Shown: in pieces, positions 45,777 to 54,170 of the stretch
Layout of the letters: every line of letters begins with the position of its first letter
Position numbering within the stretch: the stretch's first letter is position 1
Sequence record: PQ671644.1
Origin: Escherichia phage DCP80
Length of the DNA stretch: 64,000 nt
Direction: 5' to 3' (one strand)
Position numbers and translations under genes: made by a program
Notes under the pieces: model-generated
What the model was told of the DNA's origin: nothing
Databases searched by the model: none
Seen by the model: only the letters and a program-made list of their open reading frames with translations

Positions 45777-46754
45777 ATGTTTAATATCAAATGTATGTCT
45801 AAAGCCGAACAAGAACGAGTTGTCTCTCTTTATGAATCTGGTAACTATACGCAAGACGAACTTGCACTCGGTTTCGGCGTTTCGGTTGACACCATTCGTC
45901 GCGTTTTGAAAAATGACAAAGAATCAAAATTAGCTAAAACCATTTCTGCATCACTGAAAGCCGCTGTCGGGGTGGCGATTAATGCTCCAGTGACAGTAAC
46001 AGTTGAAGCCCCGGTTGAAGCCACAATCGGTGGAAGCCGCCCGGAAATCGTATGGAATGCATCAAGTAAATTCGTTTCCATTACTGAAGGTCGTACAGTC
46101 TGGAATGCAACAAAAGACCATAAACACTTTGATGATATTATTCAGGCACTCAAAGAATCTCGTTTTGATGATGCTATTGAGTATATCTCAATCAAAGCTG
46201 CAGTACAAAAATATGTGAAAGGCGATGTGCGTATTGAAGGTGGTAGTCTGTTCTATCAGGGAATTGAACTGCGCTCTGGCCTGGTTACTCGTATCATTGA
46301 TTCAATGCAAAATGGCGAAGACTTTGAATTCTATCTGCCATTCCTTGAGAATCTCCTTGAGAACCCGAGTGAGAAAGCCGTACAGCGTTTGTTTGACTTC
46401 CTGGTTGCGAACGATATCGAAATCACCGAAGACGGCCATTTCATCGCATGGAAAATGGTTCGTGCAACCTACAAAGATTGTCACTCAAACACATTCGACA
46501 ACAGCCCTGGCCAATATGTTAAAATGCCACGCTCTCGTGTGAATGACAATGACGAACAAACTTGTTCGACTGGTCTGCACGTTTGCTCTAAAGGCTATAT
46601 CGGAAGTGGTTTTGGTCATGGTGATGGACGCATCGTATCCTGTAAAGTTCACCCGCGTGATGTTGTAAGTATCCCGGTGGATTATTCCGATAGTAAGATG
46701 AGGGTTTGCGGTTACCTGGTTCTTGAAGATGTGACCGAACGTTTCAATGATTAA
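45777..46754 (+). CDS. rIIB: rIIB protein (copy 2)
   Basis: 325 aa. Same T4 rIIB motifs. More diverged from copy 1 in the N-terminal roughly 90 aa. Confidence 0.88.
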   Translation: MFNIKCMSKAEQERVVSLYESGNYTQDELALGFGVSVDTIRRVLKNDKESKLAKTISASLKAAVGVAINAPVTVTVEAPVEATIGGSRPEIVWNASSKFVSITEGRTVWNATKDHKHFDDIIQALKESRFDDAIEYISIKAAVQKYVKGDVRIEGGSLFYQGIELRSGLVTRIIDSMQNGEDFEFYLPFLENLLENPSEKAVQRLFDFLVANDIEITEDGHFIAWKMVRATYKDCHSNTFDNSPGQYVKMPRSRVNDNDEQTCSTGLHVCSKGYIGSGFGHGDGRIVSCKVHPRDVVSIPVDYSDSKMRVCGYLVLEDVTERFND

Positions 46755-47238
46755 ACAAACAATTGCTAAAGATGGCTCGGCTCGTGGTATTGTCCACGGG
46801 CTAGGTCACACGCCTGAATACATTGTATGGATTGGCATGAAAGCTCGGTGTTGCAATCCAACACATATTAGTTATTCTCGATATGGCGGTCGGGGTATCA
46901 CTGTTTGCGATGAATGGCTGCATGATTTTGAAAGATTTTATACAGATATGGGGCCACGACCCACTGACAAACATCAACTTGACCGAACAGATAACGATAA
47001 AGGGTACTCTCCCGATAACTGCAGATGGGTTAGTCCAGGCGAGAATGCTTTAAATAAGCGCCCGTATAATAACAACAAGTCTGGATTTAAAGGAGTCTCG
47101 TTTGATAAACGAGCTTTGAATAAACCATGGCGAGCCACTATTATGCGAAATAAAAAACAAATTCAAGTCGGAGCTTTTGCAACTCCAGAAGAAGCAAATG
47201 AAGCTCGATTAAAATATATGGAAGAACACAATGTCTAA
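46747..47238 (+). CDS. HNH-AP2 homing endonuclease (163 aa)
   Basis: HNH-like DRTDNDKGYSPDNCRWVSPGENALN plus an AP2-type DNA-binding domain FKGVSF...PWRATIMRNKKQIQVGAFATPEEANEARLKY. Absent from the left arm. Confidence 0.8.
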   Translation: MIKQTIAKDGSARGIVHGLGHTPEYIVWIGMKARCCNPTHISYSRYGGRGITVCDEWLHDFERFYTDMGPRPTDKHQLDRTDNDKGYSPDNCRWVSPGENALNKRPYNNNKSGFKGVSFDKRALNKPWRATIMRNKKQIQVGAFATPEEANEARLKYMEEHNV

Positions 47239-47440
47239 AGAAATGTTAGGTTTCCAAGCACGTGTAGTTGAAGAACATGACCAGCTGGTTTTGAAAATTA
47301 ATGCTCTTGAAGAATTTATTAAGGGCGGAGTTTTTGAAACTCTCGATGCTCGTCAACAAGGTCTTTTGATTGCCCAGTTAGATGCAATGGGTGCATATGC
47401 TCATATACTGGCAACTCGTATCTCTTATTTTGGTGAATAA
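47231..47440 (+). CDS. Hypothetical protein (start 47231 or 47243), copy 2
   Basis: Homologue of 36936..37133. Confidence 0.5.
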   Translation: MSKEMLGFQARVVEEHDQLVLKINALEEFIKGGVFETLDARQQGLLIAQLDAMGAYAHILATRISYFGE

Positions 47441-47443
47441 ATT

Positions 47444-47713
47444 ATGATTAAGCATTTCAATGTGTCAGACCGTGACATCAAAGTTTCAAATCTCCGGGGT
47501 CATCATTATGCGGGAATAGTTTACTGCGGTAAGCTCATCAAGCATGAAGGTGATGTTCACTATGGTTGGTTGGAATGTGATGAAGTAGTTGTTGGGGAAT
47601 TCCCTGACCCGAATTCTGATACATTTGATGCTAATGACCGTTTGTATTATGGCGAGCTTCACATCCGTGGAATCGTCGGTATCGATGAGGTCGTAAATGA
47701 TTCAGAAGAGTAA
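47444..47713 (+). CDS. Hypothetical protein (89 aa), copy 2
   Basis: Homologue of 36663..36932. Confidence 0.5.
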   Translation: MIKHFNVSDRDIKVSNLRGHHYAGIVYCGKLIKHEGDVHYGWLECDEVVVGEFPDPNSDTFDANDRLYYGELHIRGIVGIDEVVNDSEE

Positions 47714-48290
47714 AACCTGGGAGCATTTGAAAAAGATGCCCTCCTTTCTTTATACGAAGGAAGACTTAACCCCCGAATCCCTACAAAAGATTGTAGACAC
47801 TGCCAGATATTCATTGCGTAAAGACCCAGGTCAGGACCGTGAGCAAGTCATGCAAAGATGTATGGTGGCCACAATGGCTGAACAAGCTATTGCTAAATGG
47901 ACCTCCGGTTTTTTATGTGGCGGTGATGAAGATTACGATAATCCTTATTCCTTTGCATTTGATGTAGTTTCGAAGGAAGGGGTGAGAATCGAAGTCAAGA
48001 CCCACCAGTCTGGGTCCAAATGGATATCCGTGCATACTGGCCACCAGGGCGATTATCCACATGGTTACGGGATTAATCTTGGTCCTTTTATGCAACACAA
48101 GCTTGCTGACCTTATGATTATGCTCGATGTAAAAGAGACTCTCAAAGGTTATAGATTTAAACCAAAATTCCTTGCTGGACCCGGTGCTTTCGTTCCTGAG
48201 TCTGGTCTTGTGCAGAAGTCACAAGGGGATGGCTGGTACCTCCGTTCTTGTTCAGAAGAAAAATTTCCCTATCACCGGTTTACAAGCTGA
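47697..48290 (+). CDS. denB: Putative nuclease, DenB-like by position, copy 2
   Basis: Homologue of 36086..36679. Confidence 0.4.
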   Translation: MIQKSKTWEHLKKMPSFLYTKEDLTPESLQKIVDTARYSLRKDPGQDREQVMQRCMVATMAEQAIAKWTSGFLCGGDEDYDNPYSFAFDVVSKEGVRIEVKTHQSGSKWISVHTGHQGDYPHGYGINLGPFMQHKLADLMIMLDVKETLKGYRFKPKFLAGPGAFVPESGLVQKSQGDGWYLRSCSEEKFPYHRFTS

Positions 48291-48337
48291 ACCAACTGTG
48301 TAATAATGTCCTCATACCAACAAATAAGGACATTATC

Positions 48338-48613
48338 ATGGAACACGTTACTACTCACAACATCAAACAAATTCTTATCCAAGCACTCAAAAACAACAAC
48401 ATCAATTTTCCAACCCATGAAATTTTTGATGTGGTATTCAACGAAGTCCAGGGTCAAGTTGCATATTATGACGTTATCGTTTATCTTTCAGAATTTGAAG
48501 TCTACCATCTGACTGAAATTGCTTTCTATCTCTATCGTGGGACTGCAGATTTTACTGGGGTCGTGAATGCAGTTGGCGCATATAAAGAAGTTAAAGAGCA
48601 AATGCACAATTAA
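48338..48613 (+). CDS. Hypothetical protein (91 aa), copy 2
   Basis: Homologue of 35763..36038. Confidence 0.5.
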   Translation: MEHVTTHNIKQILIQALKNNNINFPTHEIFDVVFNEVQGQVAYYDVIVYLSEFEVYHLTEIAFYLYRGTADFTGVVNAVGAYKEVKEQMHN

Positions 48614-48624
48614 TTAAAAAGTAG

Positions 48625-48653
48625 TGTACATCAGTATGGAGTCAGTGCATAAT
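48625..48653 (+). promoter_or_regulatory. Early sigma70-type promoter
   Basis: agtagTGTACA-17nt-CATAATgattccatactgagttac. Confidence 0.6.
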
Positions 48654-48688
48654 GATTCCATACTGAGTTACCAACCTGGAGAAACAAA

Positions 48689-48952
48689 ATGAAATTTAAA
48701 TTTTATTATATTAAGCATAAAGTTACTGGGGAGTTTATTGCATTTACAACTTCATCCAATAATCAAGGTGATACTTTTACTTCATTGTTCTTATCTAGAT
48801 GGGATTCAGACCAGCCTTATTTGTCCACAAAAGAGCATCTTCAACGTATGGCGAAGGGCGAGCTAAACGATTCTTGGGATAATATTGTGAATAATTGTAT
48901 CAAGAAAGCTATCCAAGAAAATCAACTTGAAATCATTGAGGTGGAATTGTGA
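48689..48952 (+). CDS. Hypothetical protein (87 aa), KFYYIKHKVTG family, right arm only
   Basis: Paralogue of the next gene (shared N-terminal K.YY.KHKVTG and C-terminal LEIIEVEL / LIEIKEVIF). Confidence 0.5.
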   Translation: MKFKFYYIKHKVTGEFIAFTTSSNNQGDTFTSLFLSRWDSDQPYLSTKEHLQRMAKGELNDSWDNIVNNCIKKAIQENQLEIIEVEL

Positions 48953-49215
48953 ATATTAAATTATATTACGCCAAGCACAAAGTTACAGGTATGGTTGTTG
49001 CTGCTATGTATGACGCGTCAGGCGATGGTGATGATGTTATTACAGAGTTATCTCTTTCTGATTGTAAATTTCTTCGCCCGTTGGTTGCATCAAAGCGTGA
49101 TTTAAAAAAGCTTATTGATGGTAAGCTGGACAATATTGATGGTATAGATATTTTTTATGACCTCCGCGTCGCATTGTCTGATGGATTGATTGAAATCAAA
49201 GAGGTGATATTTTGA
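48949..49215 (+). CDS. Hypothetical protein (88 aa), copy 2
   Basis: Homologue of 35252..35518. Confidence 0.5.
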   Translation: MNIKLYYAKHKVTGMVVAAMYDASGDGDDVITELSLSDCKFLRPLVASKRDLKKLIDGKLDNIDGIDIFYDLRVALSDGLIEIKEVIF

Positions 49216-49305
49216 GCAGCAAAACCTGGTGTCTTATCTGGATGTTGTGTATCCCAGTAATTTGCGTTTGTTTTAGTTTATTATTAATGAAACTTGCATA
49301 AAGAG

Positions 49306-49333
49306 TGTACATCTCCGGTGGTTGTAGTATAAT
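49306..49333 (+). promoter_or_regulatory. Early sigma70-type promoter
   Basis: gagTGTACA-16nt-TATAATga. Confidence 0.6.
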
Positions 49334-49359
49334 GAACCTATCAACTACTGGAGATGATT

Positions 49360-49476
49360 ATGAAAAAGTTACTTAAAGCCATTTGGAACATGTTTATACT
49401 GTTTGTTGTCCTGAGCATTTTCCCAATTGTTTTTATGATTGACCATGTACGTGTTTACTTTAACTATTTCTTTTGA
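49360..49476 (+). CDS. Small membrane protein (38 aa), copy 2
   Basis: Homologue of 34990..35106. Confidence 0.4.
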   Translation: MKKLLKAIWNMFILFVVLSIFPIVFMIDHVRVYFNYFF

Positions 49477-49486
49477 GGATAATACT

Positions 49487-49633
49487 ATGATAGTTATGAA
49501 AAAGTTTAAAGAATATCATTGCTATGAATGTGGCAAAAAGATTGATTCTATTCATTCATTAAACGTCTTTTCTTTTGATAATTTAAACTATGCACACATT
49601 TGGTGCCTTCGTGGAATGACTAAATTTAACTGA
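49487..49633 (+). CDS. Small Cys-containing protein (48 aa), right arm only
   Basis: SD gagga. Contains CYEC...C. Flanked by a duplicated tgaggataata(c/t)tATG junction. Confidence 0.35.
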   Translation: MIVMKKFKEYHCYECGKKIDSIHSLNVFSFDNLNYAHIWCLRGMTKFN

Positions 49634-49643
49634 GGATAATATT

Positions 49644-49790
49644 ATGAATTACAATTCACACTTTCAGAAATCCAATCGCCGCTTTGACTTTATGTTCAAG
49701 TTTATTGTGGCAATGATTATCCTGATTTTCATTGGTGCCATTGCAATGATTGGTTTCCAGGTCTGGATTGCTGCTGAAGTATTCACACAA
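49644..49790 (+). CDS. Membrane protein, 3'-truncated by the gap (copy 2 of 34773..34979)
   Basis: MNYNSHFQKSNRRFDFMFKFIVAMIILIF... runs into the N10 gap. Confidence 0.45.
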
Positions 49791-49800
49791 NNNNNNNNNN
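49791..49800. other. Assembly gap (N10)
   Basis: Run of n. Confidence 1.
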
Positions 49801-49831
49801 TTTACAATTGAGTTAACTCCCAAGGATTAAT

Positions 49832-50143
49832 ATGCAAGCTCCAGATATTTCTCAACTGACCGATAAGCAGATTGAAGAAGCACAGGAACGTCTCGAAGAA
49901 GCGAACGCACTTGAAGCACGCAGTCAAGCAGCGAAGATTCTGAAAAAGAATGCTCGTGAAATTGCACGACTGAATAAGCATGCTCAAGGGGCAGTGCTGG
50001 AAAACAATTTTGAAGCATACAAATATGCTTTAGTTAAACTGCGTGGAATTTACCGCCAACCAGTTACGGAAGACCTGATTAAGTTGATGTGGGAAACTAC
50101 TCGCAAACAAATTTGGGAAATCGTAAATGGCATTAGTAAATAA
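49832..50143 (+). CDS. Hypothetical coiled-coil protein (103 aa)
   Basis: ORF with SD aagga. Confidence 0.5.
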   Translation: MQAPDISQLTDKQIEEAQERLEEANALEARSQAAKILKKNAREIARLNKHAQGAVLENNFEAYKYALVKLRGIYRQPVTEDLIKLMWETTRKQIWEIVNGISK

Positions 50144-50333
50144 ACCGTTTAAGCGGCTTCGTGTAGGGGCCGCTTTCAGATTTCGCTCATATGGTGATAT
50201 CTGTATCAAGCAGACCGAAACCGAATGTAAGCTCCTTGGCCCTTATGGTGTTCCAAAAGGTATTGTTAAAATTGAGCCGACATCCAAAGTTTGGGTGGAT
50301 TCACACCAACTTAAGAAATGGTGGCAACGATGA
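50127..50333 (+). CDS. Hypothetical basic protein (68 aa)
   Basis: ORF overlapping the upstream gene by 17 nt. Confidence 0.45.
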   Translation: MALVNKPFKRLRVGAAFRFRSYGDICIKQTETECKLLGPYGVPKGIVKIEPTSKVWVDSHQLKKWWQR

Positions 50334-50391
50334 TAACATGGACAGCAGGCTAATGAAAGACGAATACGAAAAAGTTTAAGAGGTTGTATGA

Positions 50392-50565
50392 ATGACGAAT
50401 TCGATGGATTTTGATAAGATTAAATCTGACAAAAATGAGATGTTGCTTAAATTTGAAGCCGCTCGTATTAAAGCAGAAAATGAAGGTACTATTACCTATA
50501 AGCCTATCAAGTTCAGGTCTTCTCATGAACCTCTGTATGGTGTATTAATTGGAAAGGAAGCCTAG
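50392..50565 (+). CDS. Hypothetical small protein (57 aa)
   Basis: SD aagagg. Followed by a terminator. Confidence 0.35.
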   Translation: MTNSMDFDKIKSDKNEMLLKFEAARIKAENEGTITYKPIKFRSSHEPLYGVLIGKEA

Positions 50566-50578
50566 TGCTTCCTTTTTT
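50556..50578 (+). terminator. Hairpin plus T-run terminator
   Basis: ggaagc-ctagt-gcttcc followed by tttttt. Confidence 0.65.
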
Positions 50579-50622
50579 GCTTTATATTCGGGATGATAAA
50601 ATGAACCAACTGAGGAGAACAT

Positions 50623-50766
50623 ATGGAATTATTTTTAGGATATGTCGTGCTATTCATGGCATTCTATACATTCACACGAGCTTGTTGGATAGGATTCTTT
50701 TCCACTCCTGACGGGTTCATTTCAATAATTTTATTTTGCATTGCGATAACGGTGCTTGGCTTATGA
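50623..50766 (+). CDS. Small membrane protein (47 aa)
   Basis: SD gaggag. ATGA overlap with the gene 47 start. Confidence 0.35.
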   Translation: MELFLGYVVLFMAFYTFTRACWIGFFSTPDGFISIILFCIAITVLGL

Positions 50767-51782
50767 AAATTTTAAATTTAGGTGATTGGCACTTGGGTGT
50801 CAAAGCTGACGACCCATGGGCTCAAAACATTCAACGCGATGGTATTTTACAGGCGATTGCGTATTCCAAAGCGAATGGGATTAAAGTCTGGATTCAATAT
50901 GGCGATATTTTTGACGTCCGTAAGGCCGTAACGCATAAGACGATGGAATTCAGCCGTGAGATTATGGAACTCCTTCGTGAAGCAGGAATTACTATGCACA
51001 CGATAGTCGGGAACCATGACATGAATCTGAAGAATAAGATTCATCCTAATGCTATCACTGAACTCCTGAATAAGTATGACCATGTTAAAATCTACGACAA
51101 GCCAACGACTGTTGATTTTGACGGTTGTCAGATTGATATGATTCCATGGATGTGTGACGAGAACGCAACTGACATTCACCAACATATCAAAACTTCTGGT
51201 GCTGAATATTGCATCGGTCACTGGGAATTAACCGGGTTTTATTTCTATAAAGGATTGAAATCCCACGGACTTGAGCCTGATTTCCTTAAGAAGTACAAGC
51301 AAGTTTGGTCTGGTCACTTCCACACAATTTCAGAAGCTGCGAACGTTAAGTACATAGGAACACCATGGACATTAACAGCAGGTGATGAGAACGACCCACG
51401 CGGGTTCTGGGAATTTGATACCGAAACCGAAGAGATGAAATTTATTCCGAATGAAACCACCTGGCATCGGAAGATTTTTTATCCAAACGAAACTATTAAC
51501 TACGACGACTTCAAAGACTTATCAGTCCGTGTTATTGTAGAAAAAGTCGATAAAGACCTGACCAAGTTCGAATCCGAATTAGAAAAGCGTGTGCATGAAT
51601 TGCGTGTTGTCAATAAGGTTGATAACAGTGTTGATACGACTGACTCCGAAGAAGAGTTAGACATAAAACGCTTAACTGATATGATGGCAGAATATATTGA
51701 TGCATTACCTGACACCAATGAGAAAGAATCAAAAGCTCTTAAAGCATTGGCCAACAAATTATATCTTGAGGTGCAACCGTGA
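50763..51782 (+). CDS. 47: Recombination nuclease subunit gp47 (Mre11/SbcD-like)
   Basis: MKILNLGDWHLGVKADD, WIQYGDIFDVRKA and TIVGNHD (phosphoesterase motifs). 339 aa from M10 of the track ORF. Confidence 0.9.
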   Translation: MKILNLGDWHLGVKADDPWAQNIQRDGILQAIAYSKANGIKVWIQYGDIFDVRKAVTHKTMEFSREIMELLREAGITMHTIVGNHDMNLKNKIHPNAITELLNKYDHVKIYDKPTTVDFDGCQIDMIPWMCDENATDIHQHIKTSGAEYCIGHWELTGFYFYKGLKSHGLEPDFLKKYKQVWSGHFHTISEAANVKYIGTPWTLTAGDENDPRGFWEFDTETEEMKFIPNETTWHRKIFYPNETINYDDFKDLSVRVIVEKVDKDLTKFESELEKRVHELRVVNKVDNSVDTTDSEEELDIKRLTDMMAEYIDALPDTNEKESKALKALANKLYLEVQP

Positions 51783-52042
51783 AACTTTATGATTTTAATG
51801 AAGCGGGGCTTGAACATATCCGCGAATGTGATGTGGTTGACGACGATAATCAACCGAATACTATTAAGTATTGGTTTGAAGCTATCACTGACCGGGAAAC
51901 CGGTCAACTTATCAAAGTCTATGTAGTCACCGATTGGGCCGTAGAATTTAGTTTTAATGTAATGGAAGATGATACTCCAGAAACATTAATTCATATGGCT
52001 GAATCATGCATCAAGGATGCTTATAATGATGAAAATGTATAA
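51779..52042 (+). CDS. Hypothetical strongly acidic protein (87 aa, GTG start)
   Basis: SD gaggtg. Net charge about -15. Lies between 47 and 46. Confidence 0.45.
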   Translation: MKLYDFNEAGLEHIRECDVVDDDNQPNTIKYWFEAITDRETGQLIKVYVVTDWAVEFSFNVMEDDTPETLIHMAESCIKDAYNDENV

Positions 52043-52241
52043 ACATGATTTTCATATTGGCGATGGCTGGTTCGGTAATGTAGAATGGGACGTGGATGGT
52101 TCTTGGTATACCGGAACTATGTATGTCACTTCTGAATATTCTGAAGGTGTTTCATGGGCCATGGAACTTGACGACGTGTTTGCTTCTTCCGAAGAAATGC
52201 TAGAATATGCTGAACAAACAATTCGTGAGAACAATACATGA
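52017..52241 (+). CDS. Hypothetical strongly acidic protein (about 70 aa, start uncertain)
   Basis: C-terminus EEMLEYAEQTIRENN resembles ETLIHMAESCIKDAYNDEN of the upstream ORF. Confidence 0.45.
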   Translation: MLIMMKMYKHDFHIGDGWFGNVEWDVDGSWYTGTMYVTSEYSEGVSWAMELDDVFASSEEMLEYAEQTIRENNT

Positions 52242-53920
52242 AAACGTTTAAGCTAAAGAAAGTAACGTATAAAAATATTATGTCTGTAGGCCAGCAGCCT
52301 ATTACAATCCAACTTGATAAGGTCCAAAAGACCTTAGTCACTGGTAAAAATGGCGCTGGTAAATCGACATTCCTTGAAGCTGTTACTTTTGCTTTATTTG
52401 GTAAGCCTTTTCGTGATGTTAAGAAAGGGCAATTAATTAACTCAAGTAACAAGAAAGACCTTTTGGTCGAACTGTGGATGGAATATGATGGAAAAGAATA
52501 CTATATCAAGCGCGGGCAAAAACCCAACGTTTTTGAAATCTCTTGTGGCGGTGAACGTCTTGATGAATCTGCCAGCAGTAAAGACTTCCAAGCGGAATTT
52601 GAACAGCTCATCGGAATGTCCTATGCGAGCTTCAAACAGATTGTCGTACTCGGCACAGCTGGATATACCCCTTTTATGGGCCTATCCACTCCTGCAAGAA
52701 GAAAACTTGTCGAAGACCTTTTAGAGGTTTCTGTACTGGCCGATATGGATAAGCTGAACAAATCTCTTATCCGTGAAGTCAATAGTCAAATCCAGGTGAT
52801 GGATGTGCAGCATGACGGGATTGTTCAACAGATTAAAATCTATCAGGACAACGAAGACCGTCAAAGAAAATTATCAGGCGATAATCTGTTGCGACTGCAA
52901 ACGATGTATGATGAACTTGCCACAGAAGCACGTGGAATCAAGGCAACTATCGAAGAAGCAACGACAAGACTGACCGAGATAATCTTGGGAGAAGACCCTG
53001 AGCACGAACTCACAAAGTTAAAGCAGGAATCATTCCTGATTAAATCGAAGATTGACGATTATCGAAAGGTTGTTGGTCTGTACGAGAAAGGTGGTTGTTG
53101 TCAGACCTGTGCTAGTCAGTTGCATCCAGGAGACCCTATTGTCGCCAGGATTGAGTCAAAGATTGAAGAATGTAATGCATCGGCTGATAAGCATAAAGCT
53201 CGCCAGAATGCTGTTCAGGAGCAATTTGATGCGTATACCAAGGCAAGACAAAACCAGCGTACAATAGCTCAAGACATTCAAACCAAGAAACAAACCTTAG
53301 TCCAGACTGTCGAAAAAGCTAAAAAGGTTAAAGCATTAATCGAGCAAGCCAAGTCAGAATTCATCGACCATGCAGCAGACATTAAAATGCTTCAAGACCA
53401 GCTTGATAAAATAGTCAAACAGAAATCTGACCTTGTGATGGAAAAATATCAACGTGGCATCCTAACGGATATGTTGAAAGATTCCGGTATCAAAGGTGCG
53501 ATTATTAAGAAATATATTCCTATCTTTAATAAGCAGATAAACGCTTACCTTAAAGTTATGGAAGCTGATTATAGTTTTACGTTAGATGAAGAGTTCAACG
53601 AAACGATTAAATCTCGTGGACGTGAAGACTTCAGCTATGCATCATTTAGCCAGGGTGAAAAAGCTCGTATCGATATTGCATTGCTGTTTACATGGCGTGA
53701 TATTGCTGCGAAAGTATCTGGTGTTAATATTAACACCTTGATTCTGGATGAAGTTTTTGACTCGGCCACCGATGTAGAGGGTGTTAAAGCAATTGCTACC
53801 ATCCTGAACAAATTGGAAGACACCAACATCTTTATTATCAGTCACCGAGACCATGACCCGGAAGCATACGGGCAACATCTCCAGATGAAAAAAGTTGGTC
53901 GATTCACTGTTATGGAATAA
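52238..53920 (+). CDS. 46: Recombination ATPase subunit gp46 (Rad50/SbcC-like)
   Basis: Walker A GKNGAGKST, central coiled coil with a CCQTC zinc hook-like motif, signature SFSQGEKARI and Walker B LILDEVFD. 560 aa. Confidence 0.9.
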   Translation: MKTFKLKKVTYKNIMSVGQQPITIQLDKVQKTLVTGKNGAGKSTFLEAVTFALFGKPFRDVKKGQLINSSNKKDLLVELWMEYDGKEYYIKRGQKPNVFEISCGGERLDESASSKDFQAEFEQLIGMSYASFKQIVVLGTAGYTPFMGLSTPARRKLVEDLLEVSVLADMDKLNKSLIREVNSQIQVMDVQHDGIVQQIKIYQDNEDRQRKLSGDNLLRLQTMYDELATEARGIKATIEEATTRLTEIILGEDPEHELTKLKQESFLIKSKIDDYRKVVGLYEKGGCCQTCASQLHPGDPIVARIESKIEECNASADKHKARQNAVQEQFDAYTKARQNQRTIAQDIQTKKQTLVQTVEKAKKVKALIEQAKSEFIDHAADIKMLQDQLDKIVKQKSDLVMEKYQRGILTDMLKDSGIKGAIIKKYIPIFNKQINAYLKVMEADYSFTLDEEFNETIKSRGREDFSYASFSQGEKARIDIALLFTWRDIAAKVSGVNINTLILDEVFDSATDVEGVKAIATILNKLEDTNIFIISHRDHDPEAYGQHLQMKKVGRFTVME

Positions 53921-53954
53921 TGCTTTAAACAAGGATGTTATAATAGAGGCTATT

Positions 53955-54146
53955 ATGGCTGACTTCTTAACCGGGCAGCATTTACTGGCTGTCCCTGAAA
54001 TTAAACGGTATGTGTTAGTTAATACCTTTTCGAAAGATGAACACCTTGTTACTGAACGTGACTTACAAAACGCTTTCGGTGAAGAATATGTTAAAATAAT
54101 CGCGAACAGACACAATGCCTGGTTCGCATATGAATACTTTGATTAA
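53955..54146 (+). CDS. Hypothetical protein (63 aa) in the 46-45 spacer
   Basis: Start at M21 with SD agagg. Confidence 0.4.
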   Translation: MADFLTGQHLLAVPEIKRYVLVNTFSKDEHLVTERDLQNAFGEEYVKIIANRHNAWFAYEYFD

Positions 54147-54170
54147 TTGATAATGAATAGAGAGAATATT

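Larger units (their letters stand above)
42925..49790. repeat. Right arm of a large diverged inverted repeat (pairs with 34833..40993)
   Basis: Same gene order on the plus strand, plus an HNH-AP2 insertion and small-gene indels. The arm ends at the N10 gap. Confidence 0.9.

Noticed and set aside
34833-49790. Interpreting the inverted rII duplication as a programmed invertible switch
   Set aside because: No recombinase or invertase gene or short crossover sites are present. Both arm ends coincide with assembly gaps, and each arm alone matches T4 synteny. I kept it as a finding, with the two-haplotype scaffold artefact as the favoured explanation.
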